Of a stretch of DNA of 64,000 nt, positions 38,325 to 47,230 are shown piece by piece. This stretch comes from Treponematales bacterium (GTDB taxonomy: Bacteria; Spirochaetota; Spirochaetia; Treponematales; Treponemataceae), in the NCBI GenBank assembly GCA_038248875.1, contig JBBRWY010000006.1, positions 4,094 through 68,093 on the forward strand. The letters are read 5' to 3'. The notes under the pieces were generated by a model. The model saw nothing but the letters and a program-made list of their open reading frames with translations. It searched no databases and was not told the DNA's origin. Position numbers and translations under genes: made by a program. How positions within the stretch are numbered: position 1 is the stretch's first letter; each line of letters begins with the position of its first letter.

Positions 38325-38402
38325 GTATACAAAAACAGACAAAAATTGTATACTTTTCCGCATGAACAAGGCACTTGAAACACTCAAAGAACGCGGATTT
38401 TT
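38325..38402 (+). repeat. Direct repeat copy 2 (78 nt), containing the authentic tyrS start
   Basis: See copy 1. The period is 140 nt. Confidence 0.9.
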
Positions 38403-39582
38403 CCAGCAATGCACGGATGTCGAAGGACTGTCTCGACTCATGGACGCCGGTTCCGTGACATTTTACGTGGGATTTGATCCGACAGGTTCAAGCTTGCATA
38501 TCGGGCATATGCTCCCGGCTTTTGCGCTTCGACATCTGCGAAATGCAGGTCACTGTGGTATCGCCCTCATCGGCGGCGGTACTGCCCGTATCGGTGATCC
38601 GTCGGGCAAGACAGAAATGCGGAAGATGATCACGTACGAGCAGATCGACGCAAACGCAGCGGCCATCGGCGCTCAGCTTGACCGCTTTATCGGTTTTGAC
38701 GGCAAGACCGCTTATTCGGAAAACAACAAGAATTGGCTCGCCGACCTCAATTATATCGATTTTCTACGCGACATCGGTTCGCACTTTTCGGTAAACCGCA
38801 TGCTCACGTTTGAAGCCTACCGGAAACGCATGGAAACGGGCCTCAGCTTCGTCGAGTTCAATTATCAATTACTTCAAAGCTATGACTTCCTCAAGTTGAA
38901 CGAACGTCACGGAGTAACGCTTCAGATCGGCGGTGATGACCAATGGGGCAATATCGTCGCAGGCATCGAACTGGTCCGCCGAATCAATGGCAACCAGGTG
39001 TACGGCTTGACTTTTCCGCTCGTCACCACTTCTGACGGCAAGAAAATGGGCAAGACCGAAAAAGGCGCCCTTTTTCTTGATCCGGCGATCACCACGGCCT
39101 ACGACTTTTTTCAGTACTGGCGAAATGTCACCGATGCGGATACCCGCAAATTCCTTTTGCTCTTTACCTTCCTGCCGGTTACCGATATCGACACCCTGCT
39201 TGCAGGCAACATCAATTCCGCAAAAGAACGGCTTGCCTACGAGGTTACTCTTCTCATCCATGGAAAGGACGAAGCCGATAAGGCCCTTGCGGGAGCCAAG
39301 GCTGCATTCGGCGGCGGCGGGGACAAGGCTTCCATGCCTACTGTCGAACTGGAAAAAGCGCGTTTTACAACGGGTATCAGTGTAATAGATCTCTTTTTCG
39401 AAGCAGGACTCGCTGCAACCAAAAGCGACGCACGCCGGCTTGTGGAGCAGGGTGGGGCCTCGGTAGCGGACAAGGCGATCACCGATATCAAAGCCGTTAT
39501 CAGCGCCGATGTTCTCGACACAGATGACGAGGTTGTGCTTCGCGCGGGAAAGAAAAAATTCGTGCGGGTAATAACAAAGTAG
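38362..39582 (+). CDS. tyrS: Tyrosyl-tRNA synthetase
   Basis: Start trimmed to MNKALETLKERGFFQQCTD. HIGH motif SLHIGHML and KMSKS-type KKMGKTEKG. C-terminal S4-like domain. Confidence 0.95.
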   Translation: MNKALETLKERGFFQQCTDVEGLSRLMDAGSVTFYVGFDPTGSSLHIGHMLPAFALRHLRNAGHCGIALIGGGTARIGDPSGKTEMRKMITYEQIDANAAAIGAQLDRFIGFDGKTAYSENNKNWLADLNYIDFLRDIGSHFSVNRMLTFEAYRKRMETGLSFVEFNYQLLQSYDFLKLNERHGVTLQIGGDDQWGNIVAGIELVRRINGNQVYGLTFPLVTTSDGKKMGKTEKGALFLDPAITTAYDFFQYWRNVTDADTRKFLLLFTFLPVTDIDTLLAGNINSAKERLAYEVTLLIHGKDEADKALAGAKAAFGGGGDKASMPTVELEKARFTTGISVIDLFFEAGLAATKSDARRLVEQGGASVADKAITDIKAVISADVLDTDDEVVLRAGKKKFVRVITK

Positions 39583-39607
39583 CGTATCTGTACTCAGGGT
39601 TGGAAAA

Positions 39608-40000
39608 TCAAAAGGCCGGTGTAAAAAGTCTCTTGAAAAAAGCGACAATAGCTCGCCAAATGCGGACGAAAATGTTCGGATTTCGGAGTTTTTCGAGCCG
39701 GGCGTAACCTGCCATGAGTTCGGCGTCAGTAAAATTGGAGCGTTGGGTATTTTCCTCGATTTCAATTTCGAGTTCGCTGATACGGTCGGTGCTTTCCAGG
39801 ATAACTGCATTGATCGTATGCCAACCGAGCTTTTTTGCCGCTTCGAACCGGCGCTGACCTGCAATAAGGACGTACTTGGAATTAACCGTGATAGGGTTAA
39901 GGAGACCGTACCGTCGCATGCTGTCCATGAGCGGTTCGAGTTCTTCCGGTTTTTGCCGGACGCGGCGTTTTACCTTGATGTCTTCAAGAGCAATCTGCAT
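39608..40000 (-). CDS. Small ParB/sulfiredoxin-like (ParB N-terminal nuclease-like) domain protein
   Basis: 130 aa. LNPITVNSKYVLIAGQRRFEAAKKLGWHTINAVI is typical of the ParB N-terminal domain. AAGGAGAGGG lies before the ATG. The gene sits 17 nt downstream of the PBP1A gene. Confidence 0.75.
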   Translation of the reverse strand: MQIALEDIKVKRRVRQKPEELEPLMDSMRRYGLLNPITVNSKYVLIAGQRRFEAAKKLGWHTINAVILESTDRISELEIEIEENTQRSNFTDAELMAGYARLEKLRNPNIFVRIWRAIVAFFKRLFTPAF

Positions 40001-40017
40001 ATTACCCTCTCCTTTTG

Positions 40018-42603
40018 TTATTCAAGCAGCGGATTGAATGTCGGCGCCGCTTGGGGTGCCGGTTCAACTTGCGGTACAGTATCAGTACGTGGTTTGATGC
40101 TGGGTTCGGGATCGGTGAAGAGCAGCGGATCAAGCATCAGGGCCGAGGTATCTACGGTGATCGGTTTTTGGCCAACGGATAAGCTTTCTTTTTGTAACCG
40201 CTCCATCGAGATACGTTTCAGATTTTCGCCTTTCTCGTGATAATCACAATAGCTCGTCGGTTGGGTTCCTTCAAGGAAATACAGCTGGATAGTGCCGTCA
40301 TCGCAGTTGTCCGTCGGGAGAAGTCCCGATTTTTTGCAGACGGTTGCACTGACAAGCCCGGTTTGCGGTTTTACGAAATCGCGGTAGGGCATATCTTGAT
40401 GTATGAGGTTCATGTAGTCACCCCAAGCAGGACCGGCAAGGGTAGCTCCGGTATTGTCGAGGCCGAGAGAAAGGCCACGGCGGTCGAAGCCGAACCAGAT
40501 TGCCGTCGTCACATAGGGAGTGAAGCCGACAGTCCAGGCATCTGCCCAGTTTTGTGTGGTACCGGTTTTTCCGGCGGCGGGCATGACAAAGGATTTGCCG
40601 TTCTTGTCCTTGAAAGTGAACTTGCTCGCGTAACCTGATGCCCAGCCGAGGGTTCCGACCCGGAGTGTGTTTTTGAGAAGATCCGTCATGATATACGCAT
40701 TCTGCGGACTGATAAGCTGGATGGCATTGCCCTTACGCTTCTGCTCGAGGCGTAGATCCTTTTCGGTATCAATGATGGTTTTTCCGTTCCGGTCTTCGAT
40801 TGATCTGATGGCCATGGGCGTCACTTCTCGGCCCTGGTTTGCAAATGTAGCGAAGGCCTGGGCCATCTGGATTGGTGCGACGCTTATGACTCCGAGTCCG
40901 ATTGAGTGAACGCGGGGAAAAATTTTGTCAATTTCGGCTTTGTTCCGGTAGCCGAGAAGGGTCGATGCGCGGCTGATCGCAGCATCGAAGCCGATTCCAT
41001 CGAGGATGCGTATTGACGGCACATTCATTGAATTGGCGAGAGCTTCCCACAGGAGCACGGTCCCTTTCCATTCTCCCTTAAAATTGAGCGGAGTGTAGGC
41101 ACGTCCATCTTCGTTGTAGAAGACGACCGGCGTGTCGCTGATCATAGAACCGGCGGTATACTTACGGGTGTCGATAGCTGCCGAATAATACAGCGGTTTG
41201 AAGGTGCTGCCTGGTTGGACCTGCGCCTGGGTTGCGCGAATGATCTGGTTCGACTGGTCGAACTTGCTACCACCGACAAGCGCGGTGATGTAGCCGGTAT
41301 CATTTTCGATGCTTACAAGCGTTCCCTCGACAGTAGTTTTTGCGGCTGCGGCCTGCACGTTTGCATTGGATTTATTCGTTTCGACTTTGAGGTTGTCCAG
41401 CCCGAATATGAGGGACATGACATCGACCACGGGATTTATTTTATTGCGGTAATACGAAAGGGTCTTGATGTGAGTACGTTCTGCGGATACAGCAAGCGGA
41501 GGCAGGTCGAACGCGAGAGCCAGAAGTTCGGTGATCTGGGCATACTCGTTGCCCTGCGCGAAACGGGTAGAACTCGAGCTCTTGAACCGCTTGTTTGCAA
41601 TTTCGATATAGGTCTGCATCACCTTTTCGGCGGCAGCTTGATGTTTCAGGTCGAGAGTCGTATGGACGGTATAGCCGCCTGAATAGATGTCCATAGTTCC
41701 ATAAATCATTGTTTCAAGTTGGCGGCGTACATATTCGGAGAACCAGCGTGCCTTGTCGTCGCGAGTAAGCCAGGCGGAGGTGCCCGTTCGGGTGAAGTCA
41801 AAGCTGGCCCAGTAATCGTTGAACGAGGTATCGGCAGTTTTTTGATCGAGCAGCTTTTTCTGAACCATCTGTCGGAGTACTTCCTGCTGCCGTTCCATCG
41901 CCCGGTTTGGGTGTTCAAATGGATTGTAGAAAGCAGGGTTTGAAAGCTGGATGACGAGAATAGCAGCTTCGGCTGGGGTAATTTCTGTTGCCGGATGACC
42001 AAAGTAGAATTTGGATGCTGCATTGACGCCGTATGTGCCACCGCCAAAATACATCTTGTTAAGGTACAGTTCAAGGATTTCGTTTTTGGAATACCGGCGT
42101 TCAAGCTGAAGTGCCCACCACAGTTCCTTGACCTTGCGCGTGATGGACATTTCGCTACGGTCGAGGTAGAGAGTTCCGGCTAATTGCTGGGTAATCGTGC
42201 TTCCACCGCCGAGCGAGCGGCCGGTAAGCTTTCCGATCACGGCGCGGGCAAGCGATTTGATGCTAAATCCACTGTGTTGGTAAAAAACTTGATCTTCGCG
42301 GGTTAAAAGCGCGTTGATCATATGAGGCGGAAGCTCGCTCAATGTGATAATTTCGCGTTTTTCCTCGGAGGCAAACTCGGTGATGACGTCGCCCCGAATA
42401 TCCAAAATCCGGGTTGGCAGGGCAGGATTAAATTCGGTAAAGTTTTCCAGGTTGCGCAGGTTTTGTGTACCGGCAAGAGCAAAACCGAGCAGGATGCCGC
42501 TGATTATGGCGGTTGATATGATTAGTAAGATTGATATCGTTATTTTACGTGTTTCTTTGGCAAACATACTTACTATAGAAGCATAAAGACTGCATTGTTT
42601 CAA
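40018..42603 (-). CDS. Bifunctional class A penicillin-binding protein (PBP1A-type transglycosylase/transpeptidase)
   Basis: EDQVFYQHSGF, GGSTITQQL, RKVKELWWALQLER; STFKP, SMN, KTGT. The start is either the TTG at 42603 or the ATG at 42567 (MFAKETRK). Confidence 0.9.
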   Translation of the reverse strand: MKQCSLYASIVSMFAKETRKITISILLIISTAIISGILLGFALAGTQNLRNLENFTEFNPALPTRILDIRGDVITEFASEEKREIITLSELPPHMINALLTREDQVFYQHSGFSIKSLARAVIGKLTGRSLGGGSTITQQLAGTLYLDRSEMSITRKVKELWWALQLERRYSKNEILELYLNKMYFGGGTYGVNAASKFYFGHPATEITPAEAAILVIQLSNPAFYNPFEHPNRAMERQQEVLRQMVQKKLLDQKTADTSFNDYWASFDFTRTGTSAWLTRDDKARWFSEYVRRQLETMIYGTMDIYSGGYTVHTTLDLKHQAAAEKVMQTYIEIANKRFKSSSSTRFAQGNEYAQITELLALAFDLPPLAVSAERTHIKTLSYYRNKINPVVDVMSLIFGLDNLKVETNKSNANVQAAAAKTTVEGTLVSIENDTGYITALVGGSKFDQSNQIIRATQAQVQPGSTFKPLYYSAAIDTRKYTAGSMISDTPVVFYNEDGRAYTPLNFKGEWKGTVLLWEALANSMNVPSIRILDGIGFDAAISRASTLLGYRNKAEIDKIFPRVHSIGLGVISVAPIQMAQAFATFANQGREVTPMAIRSIEDRNGKTIIDTEKDLRLEQKRKGNAIQLISPQNAYIMTDLLKNTLRVGTLGWASGYASKFTFKDKNGKSFVMPAAGKTGTTQNWADAWTVGFTPYVTTAIWFGFDRRGLSLGLDNTGATLAGPAWGDYMNLIHQDMPYRDFVKPQTGLVSATVCKKSGLLPTDNCDDGTIQLYFLEGTQPTSYCDYHEKGENLKRISMERLQKESLSVGQKPITVDTSALMLDPLLFTDPEPSIKPRTDTVPQVEPAPQAAPTFNPLLE

Positions 42604-42750
42604 TTGGCTTTGCTGACTGTTTAAAATATAAAGAGCCGGTATATTGCAACCGGCCCGCCAATCAGGCTATCGGACAGTCAGTGGGTGGGAGGGAAACCGA
42701 TCTGCCCGATATTTTACTATCGGAGCAGATTTCCTGATTCTTGAACAAAA

Positions 42751-43734
42751 TCAGGGCGATTCAGTCACGCTGATATCAATTATCATCGAAACGGTATAAT
42801 CCCGTCCTTTTTCCACGGTAATCTGTTTGGTTAGTTCGTAGTCGCCTATCATAAACCGGATTGTGTGTTCTCCGGGCAGAATTTCGCGACTTTCGCGGTT
42901 GTTTTCGACCAGTTCTGCATCGACATAGATGCGCGAGTTTTCGGGGGCTGCAAGGAAGAGCTTCGGGGTGGTATCCTGCATAGGGACAACGAGCTCGGTC
43001 ACCCGAGCAGATTCGATGGTAAACATGCGGACTTCGTTCCGGTAGTCATCCGAGACGATAGACAAGTGGTGTACCCCGGGGGACAGAATTGTCGTTTTTT
43101 CGTGATTGGGTACCAGCATTTCGTCAATCCGTATGCTGACGGGCTTTATTTCATCGGACGGATAGGCAAGTTTGAGCTGAAACCCACCTTCATCTGTCAG
43201 AATGGGGCGTATTTTGACCGAAAACTGGATGGTCTCAATATTCTCGGGCAGGCCTTTCATGACCGGCAGCAAGCGGAAGAGGAGGGGGCCCTTCGATGCA
43301 TCGTACACATAAGGGAGTACCGTAGAATACGGCCCGGTTTTAAGTCCGTGCGTCTTCTGAAACGGGATTTGGAGGACGAACGACAGGCGTGACGGTAGGC
43401 TCTGGAGTGTCACCTGTTCTCCCTGGTAGTCGATAATTTTTTCCGACGGAACGGGTTGGATCTGCCGGTACACACCATAGGCCATGCTGTTCCGGAATGC
43501 CAGGATATCTTGTGGAATTTTTATTTCAATCTCGACGCCTTTAAGAAAGGTGATGTTTTTAGGAAAAGTGATGGCGACTGCATCGTTATATCCGAGTTCC
43601 ACGGTTTGGACTTCTGTTTTCTGGCTGTCGATAGATGCAAGGGAAAGAGACCGAACCCGAAAGGTATCGGCAGGAAGAGTAGACATGCTATAAAAAAGAA
43701 GTATTCCGGTCAAAATGACGCGTGCTTTTTTCAT
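42751..43734 (-). CDS. Secreted hypothetical protein (possible PEGA-like repeats)
   Basis: Signal peptide MKKARVILTGILLFYSMSTLPA. LSPGVHHLSIVSDDY and ILPGEHTIRFMIGDY resemble PEGA strands. Confidence 0.6.
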   Translation of the reverse strand: MKKARVILTGILLFYSMSTLPADTFRVRSLSLASIDSQKTEVQTVELGYNDAVAITFPKNITFLKGVEIEIKIPQDILAFRNSMAYGVYRQIQPVPSEKIIDYQGEQVTLQSLPSRLSFVLQIPFQKTHGLKTGPYSTVLPYVYDASKGPLLFRLLPVMKGLPENIETIQFSVKIRPILTDEGGFQLKLAYPSDEIKPVSIRIDEMLVPNHEKTTILSPGVHHLSIVSDDYRNEVRMFTIESARVTELVVPMQDTTPKLFLAAPENSRIYVDAELVENNRESREILPGEHTIRFMIGDYELTKQITVEKGRDYTVSMIIDISVTESP

Positions 43735-43739
43735 TTCCC

Positions 43740-44702
43740 TTACTTCCCTTTGATAAACCCGGTCGGATTTTTCGGTATTCCATTCTCATGCAGCTCAAAA
43801 TGAAGATGCGGACCGGTCGATTGGCCTGTCGATCCTACCGTACCTATAATACTACCGGATTTGATCTTTTCGTGCAACTCGATTTTTATTGATTGTAGAT
43901 GGCCGTAGAGGCTTTCCCGGCTGCCATCATGGCGGAGGATCAGATAATTTCCGTACACAACATCGCTTCCGATCTCCGTGACTTCTCCGTCTGCGCAGGC
44001 CAGCACCGGCGTTCCCCAGGGTGCTGCAATATCAACGCCTTTGTGAAAGACCAGATTGCCGGTAACCGGGTTTTTGCGCATACCGAAGGAGGAGGTGAGA
44101 ATTCCTGCAGGCAAGGGGAATCTGAAGGTTGGAGTGAGAAAGAACGTGCGGACTGTACCTTCGAACAAGGTGTCGGGAATGCAGTGAACAGTGCGTCTTC
44201 TGTCATCGCCAGCTACCGGGGAACTTTCCCTGAGCTGGAAGCTGATGATGGCAGGATTATCAGGATCGAATGACGATAAAAGCAGGTTTTCGAAGGTGTT
44301 TGAGGCCGTTTCTGCGAGGTAGAGACCCGGAAGAGTGGGGAGCACGAGTGTCCTCCCGGTTAGGGATTCCTGTATCGATGCGATACGGTTGAGGCTCGCG
44401 ATGGCATCGTAGGGAATACTGCAGCGGGCAGCGATTCCGATAAGGGTCTCCCCTTTCCTGACCGTGTAGGAATACAGATGCAGGGGAAGCGGTTTGTCCT
44501 TTTTTCCAGCGGCGAGGGCCATCCGAGCATCAAGGACGTCATCGGAAAATTGTTTAAAAACGGGATCTGTCGAGATGAGCGCGGGTATGCGTGGATAATT
44601 TCCGGCTCCCGTCACGGCATGGGCCTGGGCCATGACCAGAGCGAGCATGAACGACAAGGCCGCTTTCCGGAGCGCGCGAGGCGGCCGGCAGTGGCCATTC
44701 AT
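43740..44702 (-). CDS. LysM-domain M23 family metallo-endopeptidase
   Basis: Start trimmed to MNGHCRPPRALRKAALSFMLALVMAQAHA (signal peptide; ATGA overlap with the upstream gene). LysM block YTVRKGETLIGIAARCSIPYDAIASLN. M23 motifs FHKGVDIAAP, GPHLHFELH. Confidence 0.85.
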   Translation of the reverse strand: MNGHCRPPRALRKAALSFMLALVMAQAHAVTGAGNYPRIPALISTDPVFKQFSDDVLDARMALAAGKKDKPLPLHLYSYTVRKGETLIGIAARCSIPYDAIASLNRIASIQESLTGRTLVLPTLPGLYLAETASNTFENLLLSSFDPDNPAIISFQLRESSPVAGDDRRRTVHCIPDTLFEGTVRTFFLTPTFRFPLPAGILTSSFGMRKNPVTGNLVFHKGVDIAAPWGTPVLACADGEVTEIGSDVVYGNYLILRHDGSRESLYGHLQSIKIELHEKIKSGSIIGTVGSTGQSTGPHLHFELHENGIPKNPTGFIKGK

Positions 44703-45106
44703 TTTCGCTTGATCCGGGAATCCGGAGGAAGGACAAAGGCCAAAAAGCCGTACACCGCGAGCGTGAGGAGGAGAGCGGCTCCGGCGAGAATTCGCTGCCA
44801 GGCAAAGACCAGGGCGACACAGGTGCATATTCCTGCGAGGAGGGTCAGTTTTCGCGCAAGAGAGCGGAGAAACCGGTGCGAATCTCTGCGAATGGCGGCG
44901 CGGGTCCTGATCGCCACGAAAAAAACGGCTGCAGAACCGGCAAGTACCGAAAATACGAGGGTGTACAGAGATGGATTGGTGTCGGCGAGCAGCCATAGGG
45001 GCCACACAATCAGGATGCCGGTCCCGATGCACACTGCCATGAGAGCGGTAAAACGGAGCACCGCAACGAGTACCGCCGCGTAACCTGCAATGATCTTTTT
45101 GAACAT
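44699..45106 (-). CDS. Small integral membrane protein (4 predicted helices)
   Basis: 135 aa and strongly hydrophobic (AAVLVAVLRFTALMAVCIGTGILIVWPLWLL and others). Translationally coupled to the M23 peptidase gene. Confidence 0.6.
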   Translation of the reverse strand: MFKKIIAGYAAVLVAVLRFTALMAVCIGTGILIVWPLWLLADTNPSLYTLVFSVLAGSAAVFFVAIRTRAAIRRDSHRFLRSLARKLTLLAGICTCVALVFAWQRILAGAALLLTLAVYGFLAFVLPPDSRIKRK

Positions 45107-45121
45107 TTACTCTCCTGCGGA

Positions 45122-45156
45122 GAAAAAAATAACCGTAACAGGGAATTGTTACGGTT
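45122..45156 (-). terminator. Rho-independent terminator after the ferredoxin gene
   Basis: 10-bp stem AACCGTAACA (45131-45140) / TGTTACGGTT (45147-45156) with a 6-nt loop. On the minus strand it is followed by a T-run (plus-strand A-run 45123-45129). Confidence 0.65.
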
Positions 45157-45175
45157 TATAAAGCAGAGGTACCGC

Positions 45176-45346
45176 TTATTCCTCGGTGATTGCTTCGACG
45201 GGACACACGGCAGCGCAGGCACCGCAGCTGACACAGGTATCGGCGTCGATGACGCGCTTGTCGCCTTTTTCGCTGATAGCGTTTACCGGACATTCGCTTT
45301 CGCAAGCGGCACAATTGATGCAGGCATCTGAAATTTTGTAAGCCAT
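45176..45346 (-). CDS. 2x[4Fe-4S] ferredoxin (56 aa)
   Basis: Start trimmed to MAYKISDACINCAACESECP...CVSCGACAAVCP. AAGGAG lies upstream. Confidence 0.85.
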   Translation of the reverse strand: MAYKISDACINCAACESECPVNAISEKGDKRVIDADTCVSCGACAAVCPVEAITEE

Positions 45347-45439
45347 AATAAGACTCCTTATCGGTTGATATATGCTTAAAATACCCGATCGGTATATAAA
45401 AAACAAGCTGACTGTCCATCTGTGTGCCATTCTTTCCGG

Positions 45440-45468
45440 TTGTTTTTTTGATCTTTCTGGTGTTTAAT
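45440..45468 (+). promoter_or_regulatory. Putative promoter TTGTTT-N17-TTTAAT, 7 nt before the ATG of the AAA+ gene
   Basis: Hexamers at 45440-45445 and 45463-45468. No SD sequence before the ATG at 45476. Confidence 0.35.
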
Positions 45469-45475
45469 ACTTGAT

Positions 45476-47230
45476 ATGAATGAAAGCCAGCAGCTTATCA
45501 AGAAAAATCTGGACTATATCAATGTTTTGCCCGTCTGGGCACAGGAACTTTCGGTTAAATATTGTTCCAAAACCGCTAACCTATATTTCATACACGGCAA
45601 TATACGCGATTTTCTGCCTCATAAAATGAACGAGGGCGAATTCCTGTTCGTCAAGATCCAGGATTACATTTCCGAGGTGCTGTTCGGAAACCGCGACATC
45701 ATCGTGTTTTACGATAAATCGAGCGGAATTTCATTCTGTATGTCCCAGATGGAAAAAGACTACCTCAAAACAATGGCCATCCGCTATCCCGAGGTGCCGA
45801 TCGAAGACTTCCTTTCCCGGGACCCGCTGAAGGCCTTTGACTATCTCGAGCGATATTTTGTACTCAACATTACCCGTGATCTCCGGATTGTCCTCATCAT
45901 CGATTACGCTGAAACGATCATTCCTGCCGACGATATCGGCCATTTGGACGAAATCGACCGCTACTGCCTCGTGACACTCAATCGCTGGGCTCATGAGCCA
46001 CAGTTTACCCGCGGCGACATTTCGATCATCCTGATGACCGAAAATCTGACCGACTCGAATCCCCGGCTCACGGCATCTCCGTCGATGGTAAAAGTGACCA
46101 TTCCTCTGCCCGACGAGACGGTACGCACCCAGTTCCTTGAGTTTCTCGAAACGAAGGGGATGCTTCTTCTCGAACGCGGTCTTACCCCCGCCCGTATGGG
46201 AGCCCTCACCTCGGGGCTTAACCTGCTCAATCTCAACCAGCTGGTAGCGGAATCCTATCAGGAGGATAAGCCGGTCACTCTCGACTATCTCCGCGACCGA
46301 AAACGGGGCATCATCGAAAATGAAGCAGCAGGGCTTCTGGAATTTCTGGAAACTGAACATGACCTTTCCTTTGTTGCCGGCCATGATTTTGTCAAAAAAC
46401 GCTTCAAGAGCGCGGCTAAGGCGATCAAGCAGGGCCGAACCGATGTGCTACCGATGGGATACCTCATCGCGGGTCCTATTGGTACCGGAAAAACATTTAT
46501 GGTGTCTGCTTTTGCGGGCGAAATTGGCGTTCCCATGGTCAAGCTCCGCAATTTTCGCTCTAAATGGCAGGGTGCTACCGAGTCCAATCTCGAAAAAGTG
46601 TTGAATATACTCAAGGCCATGGCCCCGGTTGCGGTTATGATAGACGAAGCCGACGCCTTTCTCGGCGACCGGAACTCCGACGGAGACTCGGGCACTTCCA
46701 ACCGGGTGTTCGCACAGATTGCCAATTTTATGGGAAATACCGAATACCGTGGAAAGATCATCTGGTTCCTTATCACCTCCCGGCCAGATCTTTTGCCCAT
46801 TGACCTCAAGCGACAAGGTCGTGCCGAAGAGCATCTCGCTCTATTTTATCCCGATACTGTCGAAGCAAAAGTGGAATTGTTCCAGACATTGCAGCGCAAG
46901 CTCGATATAAAAGTGAAGGATTTTCCACTGACCGATATTTTCAAAAATTTCAAATTCGAACTTTCGGGAGCTGACATCGAAGCGATGCTGGTGCGGGCTA
47001 AGATGAACGCGACAATGGACAACCGCGCAATAGTAACGAAAGACGATATGGATGAAACGATCCGCGACTTCATTCCGCCGGCCTATCCGTACGAAATTGA
47101 ACTGCAAAACCTCGTCGCCGTGCTTGAGTGTACGAGCCGCGAAATGGTGCCACTGAAATACCAGAAGCTCGATCGCTCCAAGCTCGCTGCCGAAATCCGC
47201 GAACTGAAGCAGCTGCTCGGTGAAAAATAA
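45476..47230 (+). CDS. AAA+ family ATPase with a large uncharacterised N-terminal region
   Basis: Walker A GPIGTGKTF, Walker B AVMIDEADAF. AAA lid-like C-terminal part. Confidence 0.8.
   Translation: MNESQQLIKKNLDYINVLPVWAQELSVKYCSKTANLYFIHGNIRDFLPHKMNEGEFLFVKIQDYISEVLFGNRDIIVFYDKSSGISFCMSQMEKDYLKTMAIRYPEVPIEDFLSRDPLKAFDYLERYFVLNITRDLRIVLIIDYAETIIPADDIGHLDEIDRYCLVTLNRWAHEPQFTRGDISIILMTENLTDSNPRLTASPSMVKVTIPLPDETVRTQFLEFLETKGMLLLERGLTPARMGALTSGLNLLNLNQLVAESYQEDKPVTLDYLRDRKRGIIENEAAGLLEFLETEHDLSFVAGHDFVKKRFKSAAKAIKQGRTDVLPMGYLIAGPIGTGKTFMVSAFAGEIGVPMVKLRNFRSKWQGATESNLEKVLNILKAMAPVAVMIDEADAFLGDRNSDGDSGTSNRVFAQIANFMGNTEYRGKIIWFLITSRPDLLPIDLKRQGRAEEHLALFYPDTVEAKVELFQTLQRKLDIKVKDFPLTDIFKNFKFELSGADIEAMLVRAKMNATMDNRAIVTKDDMDETIRDFIPPAYPYEIELQNLVAVLECTSREMVPLKYQKLDRSKLAAEIRELKQLLGEK

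Noticed and set aside
38869-39864. 331-aa ORF on the minus strand
   Set aside because: It lies antisense to tyrS over most of its length and in a different frame from the ParB-like gene. Its composition is typical of a shadow ORF and it has no motifs.
44703-45032. N-terminal extension of the M23 peptidase ORF
   Set aside because: The extension overlaps the upstream membrane-protein gene. An internal ATG at 44702 gives a proper signal peptide and an ATGA coupling.
39608-47230. Possible defence island (ParB-like nuclease-domain protein, AAA+ ATPase)
   Set aside because: The two genes are 5 kb apart and are separated by PBP1A, M23 peptidase and ferredoxin genes. I saw no nuclease, methylase, TIR, Sir2 or reverse-transcriptase partners, no integrase or transposase, and no flanking repeats or compositional break.
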